Assembly (NCBI GenBank): GCA_025774935.1
Contig: JALGZK010000001.1
Location: 148,266-212,265 of the forward strand
Source: a bacterium
GTDB taxonomy: Bacteria > Joyebacterota > Joyebacteria > Joyebacterales > Joyebacteraceae
Direction: 5' to 3'
DNA: 64,000 nucleotides
Below, piece by piece: positions 1-10,126 of the stretch (positions are counted from its first letter, which is position 1; each line of letters opens with the position of its first letter). Under the pieces are notes generated by a model, which was not told the origin of the DNA, ran no database searches, and saw nothing but the letters and a program-made list of their open reading frames with translations. The position numbers were made by a program, and so were the translations under genes.

Positions 1-725
<725 letters not shown>

Positions 726-763
726 GCGTCGAACGACACCGCGGCCCCCGGTCGCGAGACAGC

Positions 764-795
764 GAAGCGGACCGTCCCTCGGGACGGTCCGCTTC
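764..795. terminator. Inverted-repeat hairpin between convergent ahcY and lptG (likely bidirectional terminator)
   Basis: GAAGCGGACCGTCCC-TC-GGGACGGTCCGCTTC, a perfect 15-bp inverted repeat. Confidence 0.75.
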
Positions 796-842
796 CTCTT
801 GCAGCGACGTTGGCGCCGGCTCCGAGGGGAGTGACGAGCCGG

Positions 843-1916
843 CTACTTCGGTGCCTTGATCAGGAGCCAGACCCCTATTCCGGCGAAGACGATGTTCCCG
901 GCCCACGCTCCCAGGACAGGCGGAAGGAACCCCTGGCTGCCGAGGACGTCCCCGACCTGAATCAGTCCGAAGTAGATGAACGAGACGGCGAGCGCGGCGG
1001 TGAACGAGATGGCGAACCCGGTCCTCCTCGTCGCGGCGGCGAGCGGGGCCCCGATGAGCGTCATGATGAGCGTCACGAAGGGGAAGGAGATCTTGAGCTG
1101 GAGCTGGACGTCGAGGTCCCGCGGATTGTTGCCGCTCGCGCGCAGCTTCTTTATGTAGCCTCGGAGCTCCGCGTACCCCATCTCCTCCGGCTCAAGACGC
1201 CTCGTGCGGAGATCGTCGGGCGACGGCTCGGTGTAGGGGAGGCGGTACTTCTCGAACGACGTCGCTTCCTCGCCGTCGGGCGTGAAGCGGCGGATTCGTC
1301 CGTTCTCGAGCACCCAGTGCCCGTCCTCCCAGCGCCCTCGCTCGGCGTCGATTCTCATGGTCGGGTTCGACTCGTCGTCGAACTCCTCGACCGTGACCTG
1401 GTCGAGCCTCTTCTTGCCGACGTTGAACCTGCGCGCGAGAAGCATGACGCCGTCCGGGCGGATGTAGATGACGTCGGTCCGCACTGCCCGGTCCGCGCGC
1501 CTCGACAGGTGCGTCTCCTTGATCTCGAGGCGGCGCCTGGTCGCGGGTGGCATGGCGACCTCGCCTATGAAGAGGGACGCCAGGCTCAGTCCGACAGCCA
1601 GGAGGAGCACGGGAGCGAGGATCCGGTAGAGCGAGACCCCGCCGCCCTTCATCGCCATGATCTCGTTGCTCCGCGAGAGACGACCGATGGCGAGGAGGCT
1701 CGCGAGGAGCATCGCGACCGGAGCCGTGAGCACGACGATCCACGGCATGTAGTAGAGGTAGTAGAGGAAGACGATTCCGGGGCCGACCTTGTTGTCGATG
1801 AACTTGTTCGCGTGGTCGAACAGGTCGACGAGTATGAAGATCCCGACGAACGCGATGAAGACGAGGGCCAGCGGTCTGGCGATCTTCCGGAACATGTAGG
1901 AGTCGAGGGTGGTCAC
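843..1916 (-). CDS. lptG: LPS export ABC transporter permease LptG
   Basis: YjgP/YjgQ layout (3 TM, periplasmic domain, 3 TM; KISFPFVTLIMTLIGAPL). Start moved to GTG at 1916, overlapping the lptF stop (GTGA). Confidence 0.9.
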   Translation of the reverse strand: MTTLDSYMFRKIARPLALVFIAFVGIFILVDLFDHANKFIDNKVGPGIVFLYYLYYMPWIVVLTAPVAMLLASLLAIGRLSRSNEIMAMKGGGVSLYRILAPVLLLAVGLSLASLFIGEVAMPPATRRRLEIKETHLSRRADRAVRTDVIYIRPDGVMLLARRFNVGKKRLDQVTVEEFDDESNPTMRIDAERGRWEDGHWVLENGRIRRFTPDGEEATSFEKYRLPYTEPSPDDLRTRRLEPEEMGYAELRGYIKKLRASGNNPRDLDVQLQLKISFPFVTLIMTLIGAPLAAATRRTGFAISFTAALAVSFIYFGLIQVGDVLGSQGFLPPVLGAWAGNIVFAGIGVWLLIKAPK

Positions 1917-3268
1917 GCGGCCTCCTCGGTTTCTGCAGGTCTCGTCGGAACCCGGAGGAGGAAGTCGAGGACGCGCGTGAGAGGCTGGACGCGCCACTCG
2001 CGGCACGTGGCCAGCGTGAGGAACAGACCGAGGCCCCCGAACAGGACGTTCGGCGCCCACATCGCGAGCGGCGGACTCACGAGTCCGCGGTCGCCGAGCT
2101 GCTCTCCCCCGATGAGGAAGAGGTAGTAGACGAGGAAGAAGAGGATCCCGATCCCGGCGCCCATCCCCACACCGCCTCGCCTGCTTCGGATCCCGAGAGG
2201 CGCGCCAAGGAGCACGAACACGATACACGAGAACGGGATCGAGAACTTCTTGTGGTACTCGACGTTCAGCTGCCGCGTCCGCTTGAGGGCTCCGCGGACC
2301 TGTCGGGCCTCGGACACGATCTCCCGGGTGACGCGTTCCCGTTCCGAGCCGACCGTCGCGCCGTCGGGGAGGCTCCCGGTGCCGTCGGCGAGGTCGAGGA
2401 GGGCCCCCACGAACCCCTGAGCGGCCTCTTTCTGTTTCTCCCTCGATGCCCCGATCTCCACCGTGTGCCGGGCGATGTCCTCCTGAAGCTCCTTCATCGA
2501 CATCTCTCGGTCGCCTCGCCTGGCCCCTTCGCCCCTGACGAAGGCCCCCATCCCGGCGTCGAGGTTGATCACGTGCCTGTCGAATAGCAGTCGGTTATAC
2601 CTCGTCGCATCCTCGGGATCGATCTCGTGTATCTCTCCGTCGAAGAGCTCCATTCTGAGGACGTTCTCCGTCTGGCTGCTCGAGATCACGCCACGCCTGG
2701 CAACGATGGTCTGCAGGGGCTCTCCGCCCTCGATCTTGTGGATCCTCACCTGGAAGATCTCCGACGTCCGGGGATCGAGCTGGTCGACGACGATCGTGTA
2801 GCCTCCGGGAAGCTCCGTGAGGATCCCGGGTTCGATCGTCGCGAGCGGCCTGACCCGGTGGATGTCGACCAGGAGCGTCTTGAGCCGGAAGTTGGCGGCC
2901 GGCAGGACGTGGTTGCCGAAGTAGAAGAGCGCGGCGGTGGCGACCGCTGCGGCGACCATGACCGGGAAGACGAGCGACCAGACGTTGACCCCGTTCGCCT
3001 TCGAGGCGGTGATCTCGTTGTCCCCGGAGAGGCGTCCGAAGGCCGTCAGCACCGCGACCATGACCGCCATCGGGACCGCGAGGACGGTCATCCACGCGAG
3101 GCTCAGGAGGAAGGCTTCGAGCACGGCGATGCCCGGAACGCCCTTCGTGAGAAAGAGGTTCAGGTAGTCGACGATGAAGTCCATAGAGAGTACGAAGTAG
3201 AAGAGAGCGAGGCCGGCGAGGGCCGGCGCGATGTGGGCTTTGAGAACGTATCTCGTCAGTATTCGCAT
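1913..3268 (-). CDS. lptF: LPS export ABC transporter permease LptF
   Basis: MRILTRYVLK start, FGRLSGDNEITASKANG, EYHKKFSIPFSCIVFVLLGAPLG; tandem with lptG. Confidence 0.9.
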   Translation of the reverse strand: MRILTRYVLKAHIAPALAGLALFYFVLSMDFIVDYLNLFLTKGVPGIAVLEAFLLSLAWMTVLAVPMAVMVAVLTAFGRLSGDNEITASKANGVNVWSLVFPVMVAAAVATAALFYFGNHVLPAANFRLKTLLVDIHRVRPLATIEPGILTELPGGYTIVVDQLDPRTSEIFQVRIHKIEGGEPLQTIVARRGVISSSQTENVLRMELFDGEIHEIDPEDATRYNRLLFDRHVINLDAGMGAFVRGEGARRGDREMSMKELQEDIARHTVEIGASREKQKEAAQGFVGALLDLADGTGSLPDGATVGSERERVTREIVSEARQVRGALKRTRQLNVEYHKKFSIPFSCIVFVLLGAPLGIRSRRGGVGMGAGIGILFFLVYYLFLIGGEQLGDRGLVSPPLAMWAPNVLFGGLGLFLTLATCREWRVQPLTRVLDFLLRVPTRPAETEEAA

Positions 3269-3271
3269 GGT

Positions 3272-3330
3272 CGGTGGTCAATCGGGCCGGTGGTCAATCG
3301 GGCCGGTGGTCGAACGGTCCAGTGGTTGAG
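3272..3330. repeat. 16-bp tandem repeat directly upstream of the lptF start codon
   Basis: CGGTGGTCAATCGGGC twice exactly (3272-3287, 3288-3303), then degenerate CGGTGGTCGAACGGTC and partial CAGTGGTTGAG. Confidence 0.8.
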
Positions 3331-3495
3331 AAGCCGACCTGGGCTCCAGTATTCACCGCTCGGGGAGAGAGAGGGCGAGCGGACCCGAGCCGAGCCCGAC
3401 GGGTGAAGGCACGGGCAGACGGCGTGGCGTGAGAACAACGTATACAATCAAACCTCCGGGACCCGCAACAGCATTGTGGGTGAGGCCGCCGCATC

Positions 3496-3524
3496 TTGAC
3501 ACCGCGCTCCGGCGCTGGTACATT
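3496..3524 (+). promoter_or_regulatory. sigma70-type promoter for sprA
   Basis: TTGACA-17 nt-TACATT with extended -10 TG. Confidence 0.65.
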
Positions 3525-3712
3525 GCCGACGGCCGCGCCCCTTCCAGGAAGGCCAGCGGAGGGGTCCGGAGGGGTGTACAGCTCGAACCGCCGAGACGCG
3601 TCGTCCGTCGCGGCGGCCGTTCCGGATCGCCGACCGCCCCGACCCGGCCGCCTTCGAGAGACCCCCGGACTCGGGAGACGCATCACCAAACGCGCGCACG
3701 CGGAGCCGTACC

Positions 3713-6700
3713 ATGCGTGTAGATCGCACGCCGCGGACCATACTCGTCGCCGGGGCCGCCACGGTCGCGGCGCTCCTGTCCGTGGTGGCGCTGCCTCTAC
3801 CGCTCCACACGCAGGAGGCCGAGGGACCGCCGGAGGGAGCACCCGCCGACACCGTGGCTGAGCAGCCGCCGACGCCCGCTGCCGAGGTCGTCGTGGAGCC
3901 ACTCGCCGGGCCCGAAGGGGCCGCTCCGGACGGGCCGCCGGCGCTTCCCGACGCGACGGGGGTCGAGAGCGCCCCGCCTGAGGCAGCGGCGGGCGCGGCC
4001 GCCGACTCGCTCCACGAGTTCGCGCTGCCCAACTCGCTGGCGCTTGAGTTTGCGCCCCCCGACACCTTCATCGGCCCGCCGACCGACATGTACGAGGCCG
4101 CGCTCGGGCCCGACCTTCCTCCGGTCGATCCGTACGCGCTCGGCGTGGCGCTTCCCCACACGGTACCCCCCTTCGTGAGACCGTGGGACCTCTCGGCCAT
4201 CCGTGGCCGCAGGGGCCTCGACGTCGTGGCGCCGGAGGTGATCATGTCTCCCGTCGCCGGGACGCCATTCACCCGCGAACTCGTCGTCGACCGCGAGCGC
4301 GACTCGATCGTGCTCGTGACGCGCGCGGGCGACTCGTTCAAGCGCGTGAGCTACGCGGCCCCGCTCTCCGAGTTCATGCGCCACGGCGGGGGGGAGAGGG
4401 TCGAGGACACCTGGATCACGACGTCGCAGTACGAGCTCGGCAAGGGCGTCGAGTCCGGACCGGGGGGACTGCTCGACATCGACATCCCGATGCCCCTCGG
4501 CGCAGGAGCGAACCTGAGGGTGCGCGGGAGCGAGCGGATCACGTTCGGCGGACAGACGAGCTACGTGGTCGAGGCGCTCGACTCGGAGGGCGGCGCTCCG
4601 TCGCGGTTCCCGCAGCTCGACATGGAGCAGCAGCTCACGGTGAACCTCGAGGGGACGATCGGCAACAAGATCCACGTGTACGTCGACCACAGGAGCGGCG
4701 GCGACACGTTCGGGACCGGAAAGGCGAACGAGATCCGTGTTCACTACGAGGGCGAGGAGGACGAGATCGTCCAGAGGATCGAGCTTGGCGAGGTGAACCT
4801 GTCTCTTCCGGGGACCGAGTTCGTGAGCTACAGCGGTCACGCGCAGGGGTTGTTCGGGGCCAAGATGCTCGCGAAGCTCGGGAAGCTCGACGTGACAGCG
4901 ATCGCGAGTAAGGAGGAAGGAAAGACGTCCGGCGCGAGTTTCACGGGGACGTCGCAGGCCGACTCGCTCGTGATCAAGGACATCCAGTACAAGGCCGGCA
5001 CCTTCTTCGCGGTCGACAGCCCGTCGCTCAAGTACGCCGACCGGGCCGTCGAGAACATCTCTGTCTACATCGATGACTTGAACGGCGCGAACGACGTCGA
5101 GACGGGTGCGCAGGTCGGAGTCGTGTACCTCGTTGAGGAGGAGGGCACGATCGATCCCGGCGACACGACCGCGGTGAAGCAGATCGGCCGGTTCGACGAG
5201 CTCGTGGCGCTCGAGGACTACCTCTTCGACAACCAGAGCGGAGTGCTCGAGTTCCTCTTCCCGATCCCGGACGGCCACGTTCTGGCGGTGAGTTACAATC
5301 GCTTCGACCCGTACTCCGTGGGCGGCGCCGACGGTGACACCCTGCGCCTCAAGATGATCAAGAAGGACGGCCGAGTCCTCGGGAGCCCCTGGGAGCCGAC
5401 GAGGCGGTTCCAGCTCAGGCACGTGTACGACTTGGGCGCCGACAACATCCCCGAAGAGGGATTCGCGCTCACCATCCGCAAGAAGAGCGCGTCGGGAGAG
5501 GACCCGGACGTGGAGAACGGCGTCCCGTACGTCGAAATCCTCGGACTCGACACGGAGGGCGCCGGAGGCGATCCGACGCCGGACGGCGCGGTTGACCCCC
5601 AGTGGCTCGATCTGGAGAAGGGCTACCTCTACTACCCGTACTACACACCGTACTGCCCCGGCTGGGACACAACGGGCTTCTACTACGATCCGGGGAACCC
5701 GCCGCCTCCCGAGTTCGTCGCGGAGGAACTCGAGGAGTACAACTGCGCGGTCTACAACAACGAGGTCTTCCAGGCTGGCGACGACCTCTACTACATGGTC
5801 GTCAAGTACAGCAGGCCCCAGACGACGTTCTACCTGGGACAGATCAACATCATCGAGAACAGCGAGATCGTACGGCTGAACGGCGTCCCGCTCACGCGTG
5901 GGACCGACTACACGATCTACTATCCGGCCGGGCAGCTCACGCTCCTGAACGAAGAGGCGAAGGAACCCGAGGCGAAGGTCACCGTCGAGTTCGACTACAA
6001 GCCGTTCGGGATCGCGGGGGAGAAGACGCTTCTCGGAGGCCGCGGCGTCTACCGCTGGAGCGAGAACGTCGAGCTCGGGACGACCTGGATGTACCAGAGC
6101 AAGGGGACGCCGGACGACCGTCCCCGGCTCGGCGAAGAGCCGACCAGGAACGTCGTGGGAGACGTGAACCTCTCGGCGGACTTCGCCCCGTACTGGATGA
6201 CGGCGGCGGCCGACGCGGTTCCCCTCGTCGACACGGACGTGCTCTCGCGCCTCAGGATCGCCGGCGAGGCCGCCGTCAGCATCCCGGAGCCGAACACGAA
6301 GGGCTTCGTCTCGATCGACGACATGGAGGGTGTCGATCAGACGAACATGCTCGGCGTGCAGCGCCGCCTGTGGTCGTTCGCGAGCGCACCGGAAGAGCTC
6401 GGAGTAGAGATCACGGACCGAATGCCCATCGACTGGTACAACCCGGACCGCAAGGTCCGGGAGGGCGACCTCCACCCGAACCTCCCCACGAGCGAGGCCA
6501 ACGAGACGCACACGGTGCTCGAGATCGACTACGACGCCGCGAACTCGGCCTCGTGGGCCGGACTGATGCGGCTCATCTCCAAGCTGGGAAGCGACTACTC
6601 GAGGGACACGTACTTCGAGATGTGGGTCAACGACGACGGGCATCGTCAGGGCAAGATCCACATGGACCTCGGCACGATCAGCGAGGACTATTACCCGCTC

Positions 6701-9700
6701 GACCCCGCGATCGGTCCGAACGGAGAGCTGGACACCGAGGACGTCGACATCCCGCCGAACGGGTACGACGCCGACGAGGACACGGGCCTCGACAACGTGT
6801 GGGGAGCCGACGGCGACAACGTGCCCGGCGACGACGGGGACGACGACTACGCGTTCAGCTTCGGCTCGGACGACTACAGTCAGATCAACGGCACGGAGGG
6901 CAACGAGAGGTTCGACACTGAGGACCTGAACGGGAACACGTACCTCGACGTAGAGAACCGCTACTGGGAGCTCGTCATCGATCTCTCGGACACGACGTAC
7001 CTCATGCAGGACAACAGCGACCCGGATCAGGTCCCCGATCCCGAGAAGCGAACGGACTGGCGCCTGTACCGCATCCCGCTCTCCCACGCGACGTCGGTCG
7101 GGGGCGTGCTGGACTGGACAGTGATCAAGTCCGCCAGGCTCTGGGTGGAGGACCTCACGGTCGGCGCCGAGCCCCTCATGATCGGATCGCTCGACATCAA
7201 GGGCAACACGTGGGAGCGGCAGGCCGTGAGGGACGAGGAAGGGAATCCGGTTCCGGAAGAGGAGCTGGGCGATCTCGAGTTCATCGTGGGAGCGGTGAAC
7301 ACGAAGGAGGATCCCGAGTACGCCAACGACCCGCCGTTCCCCCCGGGGATCGACTCGGAGACGAACCTGCCGGAGCGCGAGCAGTCGCTGTCCCTGAACT
7401 TCCTGAACCTACCGGGCGAGTGGAACGTCTCCGCGAAGAACGCCTTCTTCTCCGAGGAGGACTACACGCGTTACGAGACCCTCGAGTTCTACGTGCACGG
7501 TGACGACGACGTGGCAGACGGGACGCGGTTCTTCCTGCGCCTCGGGGCGGACAGTCTGAACTTCTACGAGTACAGCCTCGAGCTTAGAGAAGGTTGGCGT
7601 CAGGACCTGGGAAGCGCGTCGAACAGACTGGCCGTCGCGTTCAAGTCGTTCACCGACCTCAAGCTCGATCCGTACGCCGACCAGGACACGGTGGCCGTCT
7701 GGGGTGACACGACGCGTGTGAAGGGCGAGCTCTTCAGGCGAGTCGGCTGGCCGTCGCTCTCGAGGATCAGCGCGCTTGCGGTCGGAGTGAGGAACGACAG
7801 CGAGGACTTCGTGGGGAACGAGATTTCCGGCTCGGTCTGGGTCGACGAGCTCCTGCTCACGGACGTGCGGAAGGAGATCGGCTGGGCGGAGCGTGTGACG
7901 ATCAACTCGAAGTTCGCAGACCTCGCGGTGATCGACTTCGACTTCAGGCACGTCGACGAGAACTTCCACACCCTGAAGCAGACGCGGGGATCCGGTTCGG
8001 ACAACGTCGTCTACAACCTCACCGGCACGCTCAACTCGGACAAGTTCGTGGGGGGCATGGGGCTCTCCGCGCCCCTGAACTTCACGTGGAAGAAGACGCA
8101 AAGTCGACCGGAGTTCTCGACTGGGTCGGACATCGTCCTTGATGCGGAAGAGAGCGAGGAGGAGAAGACCGTCTCGCGTGAGCGGACGCTCGCCGCGTCT
8201 CTCGCAAGGAGGAGACAGTCGCAGAACTTCTGGACACACCTGTTCATCGACGGCCTCGCGCTCAGAGCGTCCGTCTCCGACAACGTGCGGCAGTCGCCGA
8301 CCAGGATCGACACGTCGAGCACGATCCGCGGCAGAATCGCCTACAAGTACCAGCCCGAGAGGTCCCCGATCAGGCTCTTCGGCAACACGGACCTCTTCGT
8401 GAAGCCCACGAGTCTGCGGTTCCTCGTGGAGACGCACCTGATCCACAACAAGAGCTACGACGTCGCGGCCGACGGACTGGTCACGCGCAGGGTGAACACG
8501 CACGACAACAAGCTGAACGCGGACGGGAACATCGACTTCCAGTTCCTGGACAACCTCCGGACGACGCACGGCGTGTCCTCGAGGCGCGACCTGACTCGGC
8601 CGATCAAGGAGATCGGCGATGTCACGGTGGGACTCAACATGGGCTCGGAGACCGAGCGCCGATACGCCAACAGCCTCAACTTCAACCCGAAGTTCGGCCA
8701 GTGGTTCGCGCCGCAGTACAGCTTCTCCTCGAACTACACGGACAGCCACGGCCCGGAGATCAGGCGGCCGGGAGATCCCGCGAAGGTGCACAACATCCGG
8801 TCGCAGACGAACCAGGAGCTGCGTGCGAGCTTCGACCTGAAGAAGCTGCTCGGTCCCGGCCCCGCTGCGATGCCGTCGCGACCGCCTCCGCGCGAGCGGC
8901 AGCCCTCGAGGACGGGCACGAGCGGGAGCACGGGACGCGAGAGTCCCGACTCGGGATCGGTCGGAGCGGCGGGCGGCCGCGAAGCGCCGGAAGGGACGCC
9001 CGGCGCCTCCGGGGCTCCGGAGCCCGGGAGAAGCGAGGGGACGGGAGAGGAAGATGCCGGAGAGGGCCGCCAGGGGCAGGAGGGCGCCGAGGGCCAGGAG
9101 GGCGAGGCGGGAGACCAGACGGGAGAGCAGGAGGGGGAGCAGGAAGGGGAGCAGGAGGAGCCGCCGGGTGAGGGGCCCGGACTGGGCGACGTCGTGCGTC
9201 CCATTGTCACGTTCCTGCGTGAGATGGACGCGATCGACGGGAGAATCGGTCTGAGGTGGGACTCGAGGTACGACCGCGTCCCGCACGAGGACGTTCCGGA
9301 CTGGAAGTACAAGCTCGGGCTAGACAGGGGCCGCGACGCGGACGACCGGACCGAGGAGACGACCTTCGACCTCGGAACGGGATTCAAGTTCACGAACCAG
9401 ATCCGTCTGAAGGGGGACTTCAAGCGAACGCACTCGGGCAGATGGTACAAGAGCGTGGTGTCCGACACGATCTTCATCATCAGCCAGACAAAGTCGATGA
9501 ACGAGACCACGAAGGGGACGTTCTCGTGGAACGCGCTCGAGAAGATCGGACCGCTTTCGGGAGTGTTCCAGAGCGTGCGCGCGCGGAGCGGGATCGAGTA
9601 CCGCCGGTCTTACTCCGGACCGGTGGGGACGCCGACCTCCGAGGGGAGCGCGCTCCTGTTCAACCCGATCGTCTCGGTCGACACGAAGTTCAAGAACGGC

Positions 9701-10126
9701 CTGAGCGCGAACCTCGCCTGGGACAGGAAACGCACGCTGTCACACAGCCTGACGGGAGCGGGCTCCGTGACCGAGGACAAGACGTCGTCGTTGAGCCTGA
9801 CGCTCAACTACAGGTTCTCAGCGCCTCAGGGACTCAAGCTCCCGTTCTTTGGCCAGAGCGTGAAGTTCACGAGCAACCTCGACACGGCACTCACGTTCCG
9901 GACGGGCTCGAAGGAGACGCGGACGGCTCAGGACGAGTCGAGTCTGTCGCAGGTCGACCCGACGTCATCGACGAGGGACATCTCCGTCGTCGCGGACGCG
10001 ACTTACAGCTTCTCCCGGAACGTGTCCGGAGGACTTCAGGTCAACTTCTCGCAGAGCCGGGACGTCAAGCGGGAGCAGACCCGGCGGACAATCGGCATGC
10101 ACGTGACAGCGGAGTTCAAGTTCTAA
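3713..10126 (+). CDS. sprA: SprA/Sov-like outer-membrane translocon of a type IX-like secretion system (2137 aa)
   Basis: Signal peptide; SprA N-terminal motifs (LDMEQQLTVNLEGTIG, YEGEEDEIVQRIELGEVNLSLP, GLFGAK); very large size; beta-strand-rich C-terminus ending in Phe. Confidence 0.85.
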   Translation: MRVDRTPRTILVAGAATVAALLSVVALPLPLHTQEAEGPPEGAPADTVAEQPPTPAAEVVVEPLAGPEGAAPDGPPALPDATGVESAPPEAAAGAAADSLHEFALPNSLALEFAPPDTFIGPPTDMYEAALGPDLPPVDPYALGVALPHTVPPFVRPWDLSAIRGRRGLDVVAPEVIMSPVAGTPFTRELVVDRERDSIVLVTRAGDSFKRVSYAAPLSEFMRHGGGERVEDTWITTSQYELGKGVESGPGGLLDIDIPMPLGAGANLRVRGSERITFGGQTSYVVEALDSEGGAPSRFPQLDMEQQLTVNLEGTIGNKIHVYVDHRSGGDTFGTGKANEIRVHYEGEEDEIVQRIELGEVNLSLPGTEFVSYSGHAQGLFGAKMLAKLGKLDVTAIASKEEGKTSGASFTGTSQADSLVIKDIQYKAGTFFAVDSPSLKYADRAVENISVYIDDLNGANDVETGAQVGVVYLVEEEGTIDPGDTTAVKQIGRFDELVALEDYLFDNQSGVLEFLFPIPDGHVLAVSYNRFDPYSVGGADGDTLRLKMIKKDGRVLGSPWEPTRRFQLRHVYDLGADNIPEEGFALTIRKKSASGEDPDVENGVPYVEILGLDTEGAGGDPTPDGAVDPQWLDLEKGYLYYPYYTPYCPGWDTTGFYYDPGNPPPPEFVAEELEEYNCAVYNNEVFQAGDDLYYMVVKYSRPQTTFYLGQINIIENSEIVRLNGVPLTRGTDYTIYYPAGQLTLLNEEAKEPEAKVTVEFDYKPFGIAGEKTLLGGRGVYRWSENVELGTTWMYQSKGTPDDRPRLGEEPTRNVVGDVNLSADFAPYWMTAAADAVPLVDTDVLSRLRIAGEAAVSIPEPNTKGFVSIDDMEGVDQTNMLGVQRRLWSFASAPEELGVEITDRMPIDWYNPDRKVREGDLHPNLPTSEANETHTVLEIDYDAANSASWAGLMRLISKLGSDYSRDTYFEMWVNDDGHRQGKIHMDLGTISEDYYPLDPAIGPNGELDTEDVDIPPNGYDADEDTGLDNVWGADGDNVPGDDGDDDYAFSFGSDDYSQINGTEGNERFDTEDLNGNTYLDVENRYWELVIDLSDTTYLMQDNSDPDQVPDPEKRTDWRLYRIPLSHATSVGGVLDWTVIKSARLWVEDLTVGAEPLMIGSLDIKGNTWERQAVRDEEGNPVPEEELGDLEFIVGAVNTKEDPEYANDPPFPPGIDSETNLPEREQSLSLNFLNLPGEWNVSAKNAFFSEEDYTRYETLEFYVHGDDDVADGTRFFLRLGADSLNFYEYSLELREGWRQDLGSASNRLAVAFKSFTDLKLDPYADQDTVAVWGDTTRVKGELFRRVGWPSLSRISALAVGVRNDSEDFVGNEISGSVWVDELLLTDVRKEIGWAERVTINSKFADLAVIDFDFRHVDENFHTLKQTRGSGSDNVVYNLTGTLNSDKFVGGMGLSAPLNFTWKKTQSRPEFSTGSDIVLDAEESEEEKTVSRERTLAASLARRRQSQNFWTHLFIDGLALRASVSDNVRQSPTRIDTSSTIRGRIAYKYQPERSPIRLFGNTDLFVKPTSLRFLVETHLIHNKSYDVAADGLVTRRVNTHDNKLNADGNIDFQFLDNLRTTHGVSSRRDLTRPIKEIGDVTVGLNMGSETERRYANSLNFNPKFGQWFAPQYSFSSNYTDSHGPEIRRPGDPAKVHNIRSQTNQELRASFDLKKLLGPGPAAMPSRPPPRERQPSRTGTSGSTGRESPDSGSVGAAGGREAPEGTPGASGAPEPGRSEGTGEEDAGEGRQGQEGAEGQEGEAGDQTGEQEGEQEGEQEEPPGEGPGLGDVVRPIVTFLREMDAIDGRIGLRWDSRYDRVPHEDVPDWKYKLGLDRGRDADDRTEETTFDLGTGFKFTNQIRLKGDFKRTHSGRWYKSVVSDTIFIISQTKSMNETTKGTFSWNALEKIGPLSGVFQSVRARSGIEYRRSYSGPVGTPTSEGSALLFNPIVSVDTKFKNGLSANLAWDRKRTLSHSLTGAGSVTEDKTSSLSLTLNYRFSAPQGLKLPFFGQSVKFTSNLDTALTFRTGSKETRTAQDESSLSQVDPTSSTRDISVVADATYSFSRNVSGGLQVNFSQSRDVKREQTRRTIGMHVTAEFKF

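Noticed and set aside
3272-3330. CRISPR array
   Set aside because: Units are 16 bp and directly adjacent with no spacers
3797-9286. Long antisense ORFs (1096 aa and 625 aa) opposite sprA, and similar ones opposite infB, pnp, the TPR genes, por and alaS
   Set aside because: Shadow frames expected from high-GC codon bias; they overlap clearly identifiable genes and show no motifs
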